IMG/VR virus record: IMGVR_UViG_3300025897_000009
From: a virus
Strand: one strand, 5' to 3'
DNA length: 64,000 nucleotides
Positions 56,616 to 64,000 of the stretch are shown in pieces. The translations under genes and the position numbers were made by a program. Under the pieces are notes generated by a model. That model was not told the DNA's origin and made no database searches. It saw nothing but the letters and a program-made list of their open reading frames with translations. Positions within the stretch are counted from its first letter, which is position 1. Each line of letters starts with the position of its first letter.

Positions 56616-57632
56616 TTATATTAGATCATTAATGTGATTGCCTATGCTTTTTGGATCCACTCCAACATATTCTTCATAGTTATTTCTTGAGAGGATCTTA
56701 GTTTCGGCAAAGTCTATGGTCAAATTAATCGCAGTTGGATATCCATCAGCAAAAGTAGAGAACTTTTGACCTCCTGCATAGTCTACAGCCATACTCGTAC
56801 AGACCATTCCAGGTAAATATCCTTCTATTCGATCTTTGATGCCTTTGCTGAAAGTCACATCCCACTGTGGGGGATAGATTAAAAAGAGATCATTCTCTGC
56901 AGTCTTAGGCAACATGCGTAATCGGAAAGCAGTGATGATTCTTTGCACCTCTTGTGCCTCTGCTTTGGATTTAGGTTTGAATTGCCAAGCGAAATTAAAG
57001 GTTCTAAAGGGTACATCTTTGAGGAAAGTCTCTCGTAATGGATTTGCTGCCTTCCCTGCGACCTTGTTGACGAGTTTACCTGCGTCTCCAAGGACTGCTT
57101 CCCCTGTCTGCCTTGCGAATCGTTCCGCAATATTCTTAATCAATCCTTCTCCTTGTACTCCAGTGAGGTTATCGGAACCATCTTCACCCTTTGCTCCTGT
57201 GGTCACTGCTGCTGCGATGGCACCCAGATCCGCAGTCTCATAAGTCACGGATGAATTATTGGAGAGTCCATCTGGAATATATAATTTAATTTTTAAATCA
57301 GGTAATAAATCGGTGTTTCTACCAGCCACATCGGTGGCACGGAAGATTAAATAATTGGGTAGAGTTTCTTCTAATGGATAGGTGAGGAAATCTGTTTGCG
57401 ACATCGGAGTTTGTTTCGCGAGTCGTGGAGTCAGTGTACCTGATTTAGACAATGATTTGATGGACTTGCGTCGCTTTTCTAAGTCAGACTTTGCCTTTTC
57501 TCTGAGTGCTCCGAGAGCATCGGTTGCTGAAGTGTAATTCTTACCTCTGATTGCTGCTGCGACTCCCTTCAGAGAGTTGATTGCTTCTTTAGCAGTAGAG
57601 ACCTTGTCTAGTATTTTATTGATTGATGCCAT
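56616..57632 (-). CDS. gp48: Baseplate tail-tube cap
   Basis: LYIP, NP..E.F..V.FRTFNFAWQFKPKSKAEA, DG.P, FAETKIL. Confidence 0.85.
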   Translation of the reverse strand: MASINKILDKVSTAKEAINSLKGVAAAIRGKNYTSATDALGALREKAKSDLEKRRKSIKSLSKSGTLTPRLAKQTPMSQTDFLTYPLEETLPNYLIFRATDVAGRNTDLLPDLKIKLYIPDGLSNNSSVTYETADLGAIAAAVTTGAKGEDGSDNLTGVQGEGLIKNIAERFARQTGEAVLGDAGKLVNKVAGKAANPLRETFLKDVPFRTFNFAWQFKPKSKAEAQEVQRIITAFRLRMLPKTAENDLFLIYPPQWDVTFSKGIKDRIEGYLPGMVCTSMAVDYAGGQKFSTFADGYPTAINLTIDFAETKILSRNNYEEYVGVDPKSIGNHINDLI

Positions 57633-57642
57633 GCTATTCCTA

Positions 57643-57671
57643 TATAAATAGATTCGATACAGTTATTTATA
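57643..57671. promoter_or_regulatory. Pair of opposed late promoters serving gp4 (+) and gp48 (-)
   Basis: TATAAATA at 57643-57650 (+) and 57664-57671 (-). Confidence 0.8.
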
Positions 57672-57677
57672 CTCATT

Positions 57678-58115
57678 ATGGCATACAGTGGAAGATTTAG
57701 TCCAAAGAACCCCAAGAAATATCGTGGTGATCCTACCAAGATCTACTATCGATCACTCTGGGAAAGACGATTCATGGTCTACTGTGATAACAACGATGCC
57801 ATACTAGAGTGGGCATCGGAAGAGTTCTTTATTCCTTATAAGAGTCCTGTAGATAATAAACTCCATCGATACTTCCCTGACTTCTTTATTCGGTATCGAA
57901 AGAAAGATGGATCCATCGGCAACGACGTGATAGAGGTCAAACCCAAAGCACAGACGAAACCACCCAAACCTCGTTCGCGACGCACGAGAACTTATTTGCG
58001 TGAAGTGAGTAGATACCTCGTCAACGAGGCAAAGTTTAAAGCAGCAGAAGAGTTCTGCCTAGATCGAAAGTATGGATTTCGTATACTGACAGAAGATGAT
58101 CTGTTAGTAAAGTAG
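57678..58115 (+). CDS. gp4: Head completion protein (TnsA-like nuclease fold)
   Basis: PKNPKKYRGDP, YRSLWE, WASEE, HRYFPDF, EVKP, LTEDDL. Confidence 0.93.
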   Translation: MAYSGRFSPKNPKKYRGDPTKIYYRSLWERRFMVYCDNNDAILEWASEEFFIPYKSPVDNKLHRYFPDFFIRYRKKDGSIGNDVIEVKPKAQTKPPKPRSRRTRTYLREVSRYLVNEAKFKAAEEFCLDRKYGFRILTEDDLLVK

Positions 58116-59228
58116 ATTATTTAATTCAGCAAAGAAATCACTGAAAGGAATGCCAAAGGCAACTAAGACGATATCATAGGTTTCATGAAATAATATAAAT
58201 TTATTGCCTGCTCCTGATCCAAAGATCCATCCATTGATATTATAAAATCCATATCCATAATTCCATTTCATGCCTTCGCAAAGAGTATAGACCCAAACTG
58301 ATCCATCTTCTTGTTCTTGTGTGGGTGCATTGGGTGGAATGTAGCATGTATCGGGAGTATGTTGCGTTTCGAACATGGAATCACAGAGTTCTATCGGCAT
58401 GACTTGCGTTGCGTCCCATTGACAGGAGCGAGACCAGAAGTATCCATATCTTGCCAAGTCGGGCATGCTCATGAATATCCCTCCATATACAGTTGGATCA
58501 CCTTGCTCAGTTGTGGTGAGGTCTGCACTGCGAATCCCCAACAGATTGTGAATGTCCGTGACCCAGTCGCGAACATCGCAGTTGCACTCATTTTGCAAGG
58601 CAATCGTCTGTAATACGATATTTCCATTATTATAATACCAATGACCATAATCGCGATCAATGGTGGTTGTTTGTTTGATTAAACGAAAAGGATCATTCAT
58701 ATACCATTCCTCATTCAATCGTTTGAGAGATACGAATCCACTCTTCATTGCCATCAAATCACGAAGCGAACGAGTGTGTGCACTCCCCATTTCAATGTCA
58801 ATCCACCAATCGACATGGTTCTTGATCGGACTGTCCCACGATATCTTCGCTTCGTCCATGTAGTCGACATAGGATGTAATATAAATGCTCTTAGAGAGCG
58901 ATGCTGTGAGTTGAGATTCATCCCGATGGAAGTCATTATTATATCCTTCGGCAATTAAATATCCGTCTTTGATTAAAATAAAAGATCCTTGGGTGAATTT
59001 ATGACTCAGAGCGAGAACATGTTCTTCGGAAAGGGAGACATCTTTGGGTGTCGCTGTCTCCCAAGAAGAAGAGGGATATGTTTTATCTAGTCTCGTGGTG
59101 GGTGTGGATTGAGAGTTCCCAGTCAATGCTGAGTCTATAGTTGTGGCACTGCTGCTTGGCGTGCTCCCTCCCCCACTTCCACAGGACATAAGGAGTGAAA
59201 TCGATAAAACATATCCGATTCGGTTCAT
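58104..59228 (-). CDS. Beta-lactamase-family serine hydrolase, predicted lipoprotein
   Basis: Lipobox LMSC, SLSK (SxxK), YNN (YxN), DLARYG, YGYG, G.GAG. Confidence 0.8.
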   Translation of the reverse strand: MNRIGYVLSISLLMSCGSGGGSTPSSSATTIDSALTGNSQSTPTTRLDKTYPSSSWETATPKDVSLSEEHVLALSHKFTQGSFILIKDGYLIAEGYNNDFHRDESQLTASLSKSIYITSYVDYMDEAKISWDSPIKNHVDWWIDIEMGSAHTRSLRDLMAMKSGFVSLKRLNEEWYMNDPFRLIKQTTTIDRDYGHWYYNNGNIVLQTIALQNECNCDVRDWVTDIHNLLGIRSADLTTTEQGDPTVYGGIFMSMPDLARYGYFWSRSCQWDATQVMPIELCDSMFETQHTPDTCYIPPNAPTQEQEDGSVWVYTLCEGMKWNYGYGFYNINGWIFGSGAGNKFILFHETYDIVLVAFGIPFSDFFAELNNLLY

Positions 59229-59229
59229 T

Positions 59230-59514
59230 TTAGAGTCTCGAGATCTTGCCTAAGATATCGTCGACTTGTGGATCATTTAAATGCCCAATCACATCATCGG
59301 TGATTGGAGTAGAATAACAAAGATCCCCATCTTGCAGTACTGCGACTTCCCAGAGTCCTTGCTTTCCACCATACGATCTAGCATGCTTGATCACACTCGC
59401 ACCATATCCATTCGGGAATGAATATTCCTGATAGATACCTTTGGCACGATGATCACTTCCATCCGAGACATGCTCAGACACGAAGTATGGTGAATTTTTT
59501 CCAAAATGTGACAT
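59230..59514 (-). CDS. Conserved phage hypothetical protein
   Basis: FPNGYGASVI..SYGG..GLWEVAVL..TPITDDVIGHL. Confidence 0.7.
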   Translation of the reverse strand: MSHFGKNSPYFVSEHVSDGSDHRAKGIYQEYSFPNGYGASVIKHARSYGGKQGLWEVAVLQDGDLCYSTPITDDVIGHLNDPQVDDILGKISRL

Positions 59515-59525
59515 ATATTGTCTCC

Positions 59526-59612
59526 TTAAAAAAATATTAATATAAACAGAACAGTCAGAGTCAATCCTGTAAGACCAAACACCATCATGATGTCGTTGTT
59601 CGGTCCCATCAT
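59526..59612 (-). CDS. Tiny membrane peptide
   Basis: Manual translation MMGPNNDIMMVFGLTGLTLTVLFILIFF; fills the gap between ORFs. Confidence 0.4.
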   Translation of the reverse strand: MMGPNNDIMMVFGLTGLTLTVLFILIFF

Positions 59613-59800
59613 GATCTATTCAACCACTTCTGTTCAACGATCAGTTCTCGTGCCTTCTTACGAGGTTGCACATTGTTCATTGCAATCTCGAAGTTAGACT
59701 CCGACAACTCCATGATGACCTCGCGATCACTCATGCGTTTCACCATTCTCTCAATGGTCGCGAGGACCGATTGAGTCACATTAGTCATTTGTACTTCCAT
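59609..59800 (-). CDS. Hypothetical early protein
   Basis: ORF track; likely start MEVQ after GGAGG SD. Confidence 0.55.
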   Translation of the reverse strand: MEVQMTNVTQSVLATIERMVKRMSDREVIMELSESNFEIAMNNVQPRKKARELIVEQKWLNRS

Positions 59801-59801
59801 C

Positions 59802-60023
59802 TTAATGAAACCTCCTTTTAACACCATTCACAACTAAGAAATCAACCTCGACTTCACCGATGATTGAAATCTCACCTCTAGCACGAACCATACGATTCAT
59901 CAGAGTCCAAGACTCATTCAACTTGTCACTCTTATCAAGTGCTAGTTGCATTTCCTTGCCATTCAAAGGCAACTCAACTTCTTGCCCAGTGGCAAGATGC
60001 GTTCCGATTATTCCATTTTTCAT
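59802..60023 (-). CDS. Hypothetical early protein
   Basis: Likely start MKNG after AGGAG SD. Confidence 0.55.
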   Translation of the reverse strand: MKNGIIGTHLATGQEVELPLNGKEMQLALDKSDKLNESWTLMNRMVRARGEISIIGEVEVDFLVVNGVKRRFH

Positions 60024-60068
60024 ATTCACTCCTGAATTTAATTTATTTTCCATTATAATAATGATACT

Positions 60069-60091
60069 AAAAAACGATGAGTGTCGTAAAG
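60069..60091 (-). promoter_or_regulatory. Early-type promoter motif, copy 1
   Basis: 23-bp aaaaaacgatgagtgtcgtaaag identical to 60902-60924; TTACGA-N17-TATCAT on minus strand. Confidence 0.6.
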
Positions 60092-60095
60092 CATT

Positions 60096-60269
60096 TTAGA
60101 CAATATATTCGTTTATTTTTTGAAAGGTTCGACGTGACTTGGAGAACTGTTTCATGGGTTTTTTAAACTTCTTGTCGTTATACTGTACCAACTCACCCTT
60201 TTCATTCAGATGATATTGCCCATTCTTAAACTCCCAGTCTGTTGTTTCCTGATATACTGTGATCACCAT
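60096..60269 (-). CDS. 57-aa hypothetical protein (below ORF-track cutoff)
   Basis: Manual translation MVITVYQETTDWEFKNGQYHLNEKG...FSKSRRTFQK; TAATG-coupled. Confidence 0.55.
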   Translation of the reverse strand: MVITVYQETTDWEFKNGQYHLNEKGELVQYNDKKFKKPMKQFSKSRRTFQKINEYIV

Positions 60270-60787
60270 TATGCTGCTACCTCTGAGACCTGCTGTTGTA
60301 GAGCAGGATCATCGTCACGAAACCATCCTTGCGGAGTCTGATAAGACCTTACATAGTCCTTTCGTATCCCTTTCGGTGCCATCGTCCAAGACTCAGATCG
60401 AGCAATGATCGGTTTTGCTATGGCATCCTCGTCGTCGAAGACACGATGCGTTCTAGCAATCCAATGATCACCATCGTAAGACATTTTAACAGGAGTCTCC
60501 CAAGCAGGTGTAATTGGACCTTCACCATCGCCATCTTTACCTAGATCGCGAAAATGATACCCTATGACATATTCTTTAGAGGTTGCATGTTCATATTCGA
60601 GCAACGAAGTCAGAGTAGGAATACCCTCTCTTTCAATGCGTTCCTCATCACTCACAGAGATATCCGTGACAAAATGAGTGGTTCCACCTTTAAATTTCCA
60701 ATAAGTCTCATCGACTCCATGCACATAACCTTCGTTATGAGCAGCATAATTTTCACAATACTGTGTTTCAATGATTAATGTACGCAT
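60269..60787 (-). CDS. Hypothetical early protein
   Basis: LIIETQYCENYAAH..YWKFKGG. Confidence 0.65.
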   Translation of the reverse strand: MRTLIIETQYCENYAAHNEGYVHGVDETYWKFKGGTTHFVTDISVSDEERIEREGIPTLTSLLEYEHATSKEYVIGYHFRDLGKDGDGEGPITPAWETPVKMSYDGDHWIARTHRVFDDEDAIAKPIIARSESWTMAPKGIRKDYVRSYQTPQGWFRDDDPALQQQVSEVAA

Positions 60788-60788
60788 A

Positions 60789-60869
60789 TTAAGATACCTC
60801 CAAAATACAAGTTAATACCATGATGATTTGTGGTAAAAGAAACCACTTAATTAAAAATCCTATATCCAT
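60789..60869 (-). CDS. Tiny hydrophobic peptide
   Basis: MDIGFLIKWFLLPQIIMVLTCILEVS after GGGGAG SD, first gene after the promoter. Confidence 0.45.
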   Translation of the reverse strand: MDIGFLIKWFLLPQIIMVLTCILEVS

Positions 60870-60901
60870 ATTCACTCCCCTTATCATCATACTAGTATAT
60901 A

Positions 60902-60924
60902 AAAAAACGATGAGTGTCGTAAAG
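60902..60924 (-). promoter_or_regulatory. Early-type promoter motif, copy 2
   Basis: TTACGA-N17-TATACT on minus strand; identical 23-mer. Confidence 0.6.
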
Positions 60925-60952
60925 TCCTCGGACATTGCGTATAAATAGTTGT

Positions 60953-61594
60953 ATGCCAATAGTAAGAACAATGGTGCGTGGAAAGACTTTTGAGAGCAAT
61001 GTGGATCAAACCTCAGTGTTATCAGAGGGCATACTAGACACTCTGAAACGAGAAGCACAGCGAAACAATATAGATAGTGTCAGTCGCGACAGCATTGATT
61101 GGTTCCGCAAGACAGCAAGTAAACTTAAGAGTGTTACAATGCGTGGGGTTCTAGAGGATAATGAGAGTGTGACTCGAGTTTCCATGGGTTCCATGGTGAT
61201 GTTTATGTACGATCCAATCGGTCGGGATAAACTGCCTTTCTATGATGCCTTTCCTTTGGTCATACCAGTGAAGAAGGCACCTGGAGGATTTCATGGGTTG
61301 AATCTACATTATTTGCCTCTGCCTTTACGAGCAGCATTTCTAGATGAACTGCTGAATAGAACATCTGGCAAGGAAAATAATAGAAGATTCCGATTGACTT
61401 ATGACTTACTCAAGAACTCAGCAAAACTCAATGAATTCAAACCTTGTTATAAACATTATCTTACAAAACAAATAAATAGTCGTATCGCCAGTATAAAACC
61501 AGAACACTGGACGACTGTGACTTTCTTACCCACGGAAAGGTTTCAGAAAGCAAGTAAAACAACAGTCTGGCGAGACTCTAGAGGAAAAGTATAA
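60953..61594 (+). CDS. gp2: DNA end protector protein
   Basis: SIDWF, YDP..KLPFYDAFPL, GLNLHYLP, PCYKHYL, FLPTERF; TATAAATA at 60940-60947 puts the start at or after 60953. Confidence 0.9.
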   Translation: MPIVRTMVRGKTFESNVDQTSVLSEGILDTLKREAQRNNIDSVSRDSIDWFRKTASKLKSVTMRGVLEDNESVTRVSMGSMVMFMYDPIGRDKLPFYDAFPLVIPVKKAPGGFHGLNLHYLPLPLRAAFLDELLNRTSGKENNRRFRLTYDLLKNSAKLNEFKPCYKHYLTKQINSRIASIKPEHWTTVTFLPTERFQKASKTTVWRDSRGKV

Positions 61595-62310
61595 TGGCAA
61601 AAACAATCAATGACTTTAAAAGCAACATTGATAACCTATCACGTCCCAATCGATTTGAGGTCAACTTCTTTGGACCAGATGGACTCAAACTAGAAGGTGT
61701 GCGTTGCGATACAGCAGTGCTCCCAGGACGCAACATTGTCACTCAAGACTTTAGTGAATATGGATCCTTTAGGAAATATCCATACCTCGTAGACTACGAT
61801 GGAGGACAGGTTCAGTTCTCTTTCTATTGTGATAACTCATTTATCGATCGTGCCATCATCGAAGCATGGCAACAGTCAGTGTTTGATGTTAATTTTAATT
61901 TTAATTATTATAAAGATTATATTGGTGAAGTAACGATCACACAGTTAGATCAGCAACTCGAAGGAGCAGTGAAGTTTACACTGTTCGAAGCATATCCCCT
62001 GATGATACAGAATCAGCAACTCGATGCTGCAAATGCAGATGGGATACAAAAATTTAATTGTTCGTTTGCCTATAGAACATGGGAAAGCGAATATATACAT
62101 TCACCAAAACCTTTTGGTGGAATCAATGTCGGAAGTGCAGCATTACAGGCAGCATTAGACATACTGCGTTTGGGTGCTCGTAATAGTAATCGAGCAGCAA
62201 GAGTCCTAGGACGATTGAACAATGCAGTTGGCAAAATAGAAAGAATCAATAAAAAGACGGAAAGAATATTCGGATCGGATATCCTTGGAACTCTTGGCAT
62301 TGGTGATTAA
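61594..62310 (+). CDS. gp54: Baseplate tail-tube initiator
   Basis: RPNRF, LPGR, WQ, YYKDY, LFEAYP, FAYRTW. Confidence 0.82.
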   Translation: MAKTINDFKSNIDNLSRPNRFEVNFFGPDGLKLEGVRCDTAVLPGRNIVTQDFSEYGSFRKYPYLVDYDGGQVQFSFYCDNSFIDRAIIEAWQQSVFDVNFNFNYYKDYIGEVTITQLDQQLEGAVKFTLFEAYPLMIQNQQLDAANADGIQKFNCSFAYRTWESEYIHSPKPFGGINVGSAALQAALDILRLGARNSNRAARVLGRLNNAVGKIERINKKTERIFGSDILGTLGIGD

Positions 62311-62332
62311 AATTATATTATAGGAATATATT

Positions 62333-63043
62333 ATGGCATTACCAAAACAGGTCGCTCCATCCTATGTGGTGGAACTACCGAGTAATAAAACAGAAGTGAC
62401 ATATCGTCCCATGACGATGAAACAGCAGAAAAGTCTGTTGGTGGCATTAGAATCAGAAGATAACTTGCAGATGCTGAGAAGCATGCGAGATCTTTTATCT
62501 GATGTGACAGAAGGCAAGTTCGATGCATATAAGGCACCGATGGTGGATCTAGAGTATTTGTTTCTTCAAGTAAGAGCAAAATCTGTAGGGGAAACTGTCA
62601 ATCTTAACCTTAAATGTAAAGAAGAGGCATGTGAGGGATCAACTCAAATAGAGATTGATCTAACTTCCATCGGTGTCGTAGAATCTGACACAGTGGAGAC
62701 TCATCGTATCATGTTGAATGATACTCTAGGCATAGAGATGCGTTATCCTACACCTGAATTGTTGAGTAAACTACAGGATAAAGATGACGACATGACACAA
62801 CTCACACAAGTGATGAAGTCAACGATCGTGAGCATCTTTGATAATCTAGAAGTCCATCCTCTCGACGATGCCGATCCTAGAGAAGTGGAAGAGTTTCTTG
62901 ACAATTTAACGATTGATCAAGTGTCTCAAATCACTGACTATTATGATCGAATGCCTAAACTGAGTCACACCATCGACTTTGCTTGTAGTGATTGTGGTAA
63001 AGAGCAGAAAAGAGTATTACAAGGAATCGCAAGTTTTTTTTAA
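62333..63043 (+). CDS. gp26: Baseplate hub assembly chaperone
   Basis: MALPK, LPS..YRP, DLEYLFLQVRAKSVGE, MRYP, MPKLSH, LQGIASFF. Confidence 0.92.
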   Translation: MALPKQVAPSYVVELPSNKTEVTYRPMTMKQQKSLLVALESEDNLQMLRSMRDLLSDVTEGKFDAYKAPMVDLEYLFLQVRAKSVGETVNLNLKCKEEACEGSTQIEIDLTSIGVVESDTVETHRIMLNDTLGIEMRYPTPELLSKLQDKDDDMTQLTQVMKSTIVSIFDNLEVHPLDDADPREVEEFLDNLTIDQVSQITDYYDRMPKLSHTIDFACSDCGKEQKRVLQGIASFF

Positions 63044-63222
63044 TATCTCTTTCTCATGAGAGTTTGTATAATTATATGCAAACAAACTTTCAACTCATGC
63101 AACACCATCATTACAGTCTAACTGAGTTAGACAATATGTATCCATGGGAAAGAGAAATATATGTTCGTCTTTTAATGAATTTTTTAGAAGAAGAACGTGA
63201 ACGACAGAAACAACAGAAATAG
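63034..63222 (+). CDS. gp51: Baseplate hub assembly catalyst; frame opens at the slippery T8 run of gp26
   Basis: Manual translation ..LSHESLYNYMQTNFQLMQHHHYSLTELDNMYPWEREIYVRLL..; -1 frame relative to gp26. Confidence 0.85.
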   Translation, partial: FFLISLSHESLYNYMQTNFQLMQHHHYSLTELDNMYPWEREIYVRLLMNFLEEERERQKQQK

Positions 63223-63231
63223 GAGATCGCA

Positions 63232-63612
63232 ATGAGCGAAGAAACTTCACAAGGAGAAGTTTCTGTTGATCTAGATAAATATACTGATTTAATCATGAAG
63301 TTAGATGAAGCGAATGACAAGATCGCAGAAATGGAAAAACTTCGTAATGAACTAAAAGTGGCAACAATTAAGGCAAAACCCCCTGCAGAGTTTTCTTTCG
63401 GGGCATTGTTTCGTGATGAGAATGATATTAATGAGAAATCAATTATAGGTTTCGCATCATTCATCATGATGATAGCATTTGGTATTGTCGACCTCGTAAC
63501 AGGTCTCAATGGAATGGAGTTAGTCATCGATGACAGCATCTATACATCCTTTGTCGTAGTGACATTAGGATCCTTTGGTATCGCAGAGGCAGGAAAAGCA
63601 TTCGGAAAATAA
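63232..63612 (+). CDS. Coiled-coil plus two-transmembrane-helix protein (holin-like)
   Basis: AGGAG SD; hydrophobic segments IIGFASFIMMIAFGIVDLV and IYTSFVVVTLGSFGIA. Confidence 0.6.
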   Translation: MSEETSQGEVSVDLDKYTDLIMKLDEANDKIAEMEKLRNELKVATIKAKPPAEFSFGALFRDENDINEKSIIGFASFIMMIAFGIVDLVTGLNGMELVIDDSIYTSFVVVTLGSFGIAEAGKAFGK

Positions 63613-63615
63613 AAC

Positions 63616-64000
63616 ATGGCAGAAGACACCACCACAAAACTGATGACTGAGCAACTCAAAGTTGCTAACGAGACACACACGACTGCTAAGCAAACACTGG
63701 GAACAGTGAAAGCATTGGCAGGGCAGAGTAAAGGTATCGAGGGATCAGTGCAAACATTGGAAGGGCAGAATAAAAATGTCGAGAAGAAAGGCACAGAGAC
63801 GAATAGACTCTTAAGTCGACAGATCGATGATAATAAAACAATGCAAGATATCGCTCGTGAGAATGCATACGAGTTGAAAAATGCTTTGGGGGATCTTAAA
63901 GAAGGATTTAGTTTCTTTGGTAAGAACCTCAAAGAGTTAGGCATTGGTGGTGGTGATGTTCTCGGAAACCTTGGTAAAAAAATAGAAGCAGTGATCAATC
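63616..64000 (+). CDS. Probable tape measure / hub protein (gp29 position), runs off window end
   Basis: Open helical frame MAEDTTTKLMTEQLK... to the window end; follows gp26-gp51. Confidence 0.5.
   Translation, partial: MAEDTTTKLMTEQLKVANETHTTAKQTLGTVKALAGQSKGIEGSVQTLEGQNKNVEKKGTETNRLLSRQIDDNKTMQDIARENAYELKNALGDLKEGFSFFGKNLKELGIGGGDVLGNLGKKIEAVIN

Noticed and set aside
63111-63998. Minus-strand ORFs 63111-63539 and 63540-63998
   Set aside because: Antisense to gp51, the membrane protein and the tape-measure-like gene
1-64000. tRNAs, introns, inteins, homing endonucleases, genetic code reassignment
   Set aside because: None recognisable by eye; core genes are uninterrupted and of normal length in the standard code; tRNAscan/Infernal not run

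Overview
A 64-kb segment of a T4-like myovirus, most likely a marine one given its AT-rich sequence, gene order and auxiliary genes. It covers almost the whole virion morphogenesis region, mostly on the minus strand. In window order: gp46 (partial), gp47, gp55, iscU, uvsW, uvsY, gp3, gp23-gp13 (head, tail, neck, terminase), a ~17-kb accessory fibre and enzyme region (21.4-38.2 kb), a 2214-aa structural protein, the baseplate genes gp8, gp7, gp6, gp25, gp5, hub, gp53, gp48, then gp4, an early-type island, gp2, gp54, gp26, gp51 and the start of a tape-measure-like gene. gp55-type late promoters (TATAAATA/CTAAATA) occur throughout. The standout observation is two 'mirror-repeat' proteins (24455-25696 and 34941-36320). 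In each, RPAxG-type units lie opposite PYxFQQ-type units in a constant antiparallel register centred on a Pro-Lys turn or a tip domain, and variant units co-vary between the arms. This suggests very long self-pairing beta-hairpins built on a complementary peptide code. Each gene follows a fibre gene and precedes its own set of candidate modifying enzymes (2OG-Fe(II) oxygenases; radical SAM/SPASM, SDR-like, cupins). Other points of interest are a probable -1 frameshift joining gp26 to gp51, a gp5 spike with an HxH tip and no lysozyme domain or adjacent PAAR gene, an acyl carrier protein inside the neck operon, and divergent twin promoters next to gp55. All gene calls come from motif recognition and synteny; no database searches were run.
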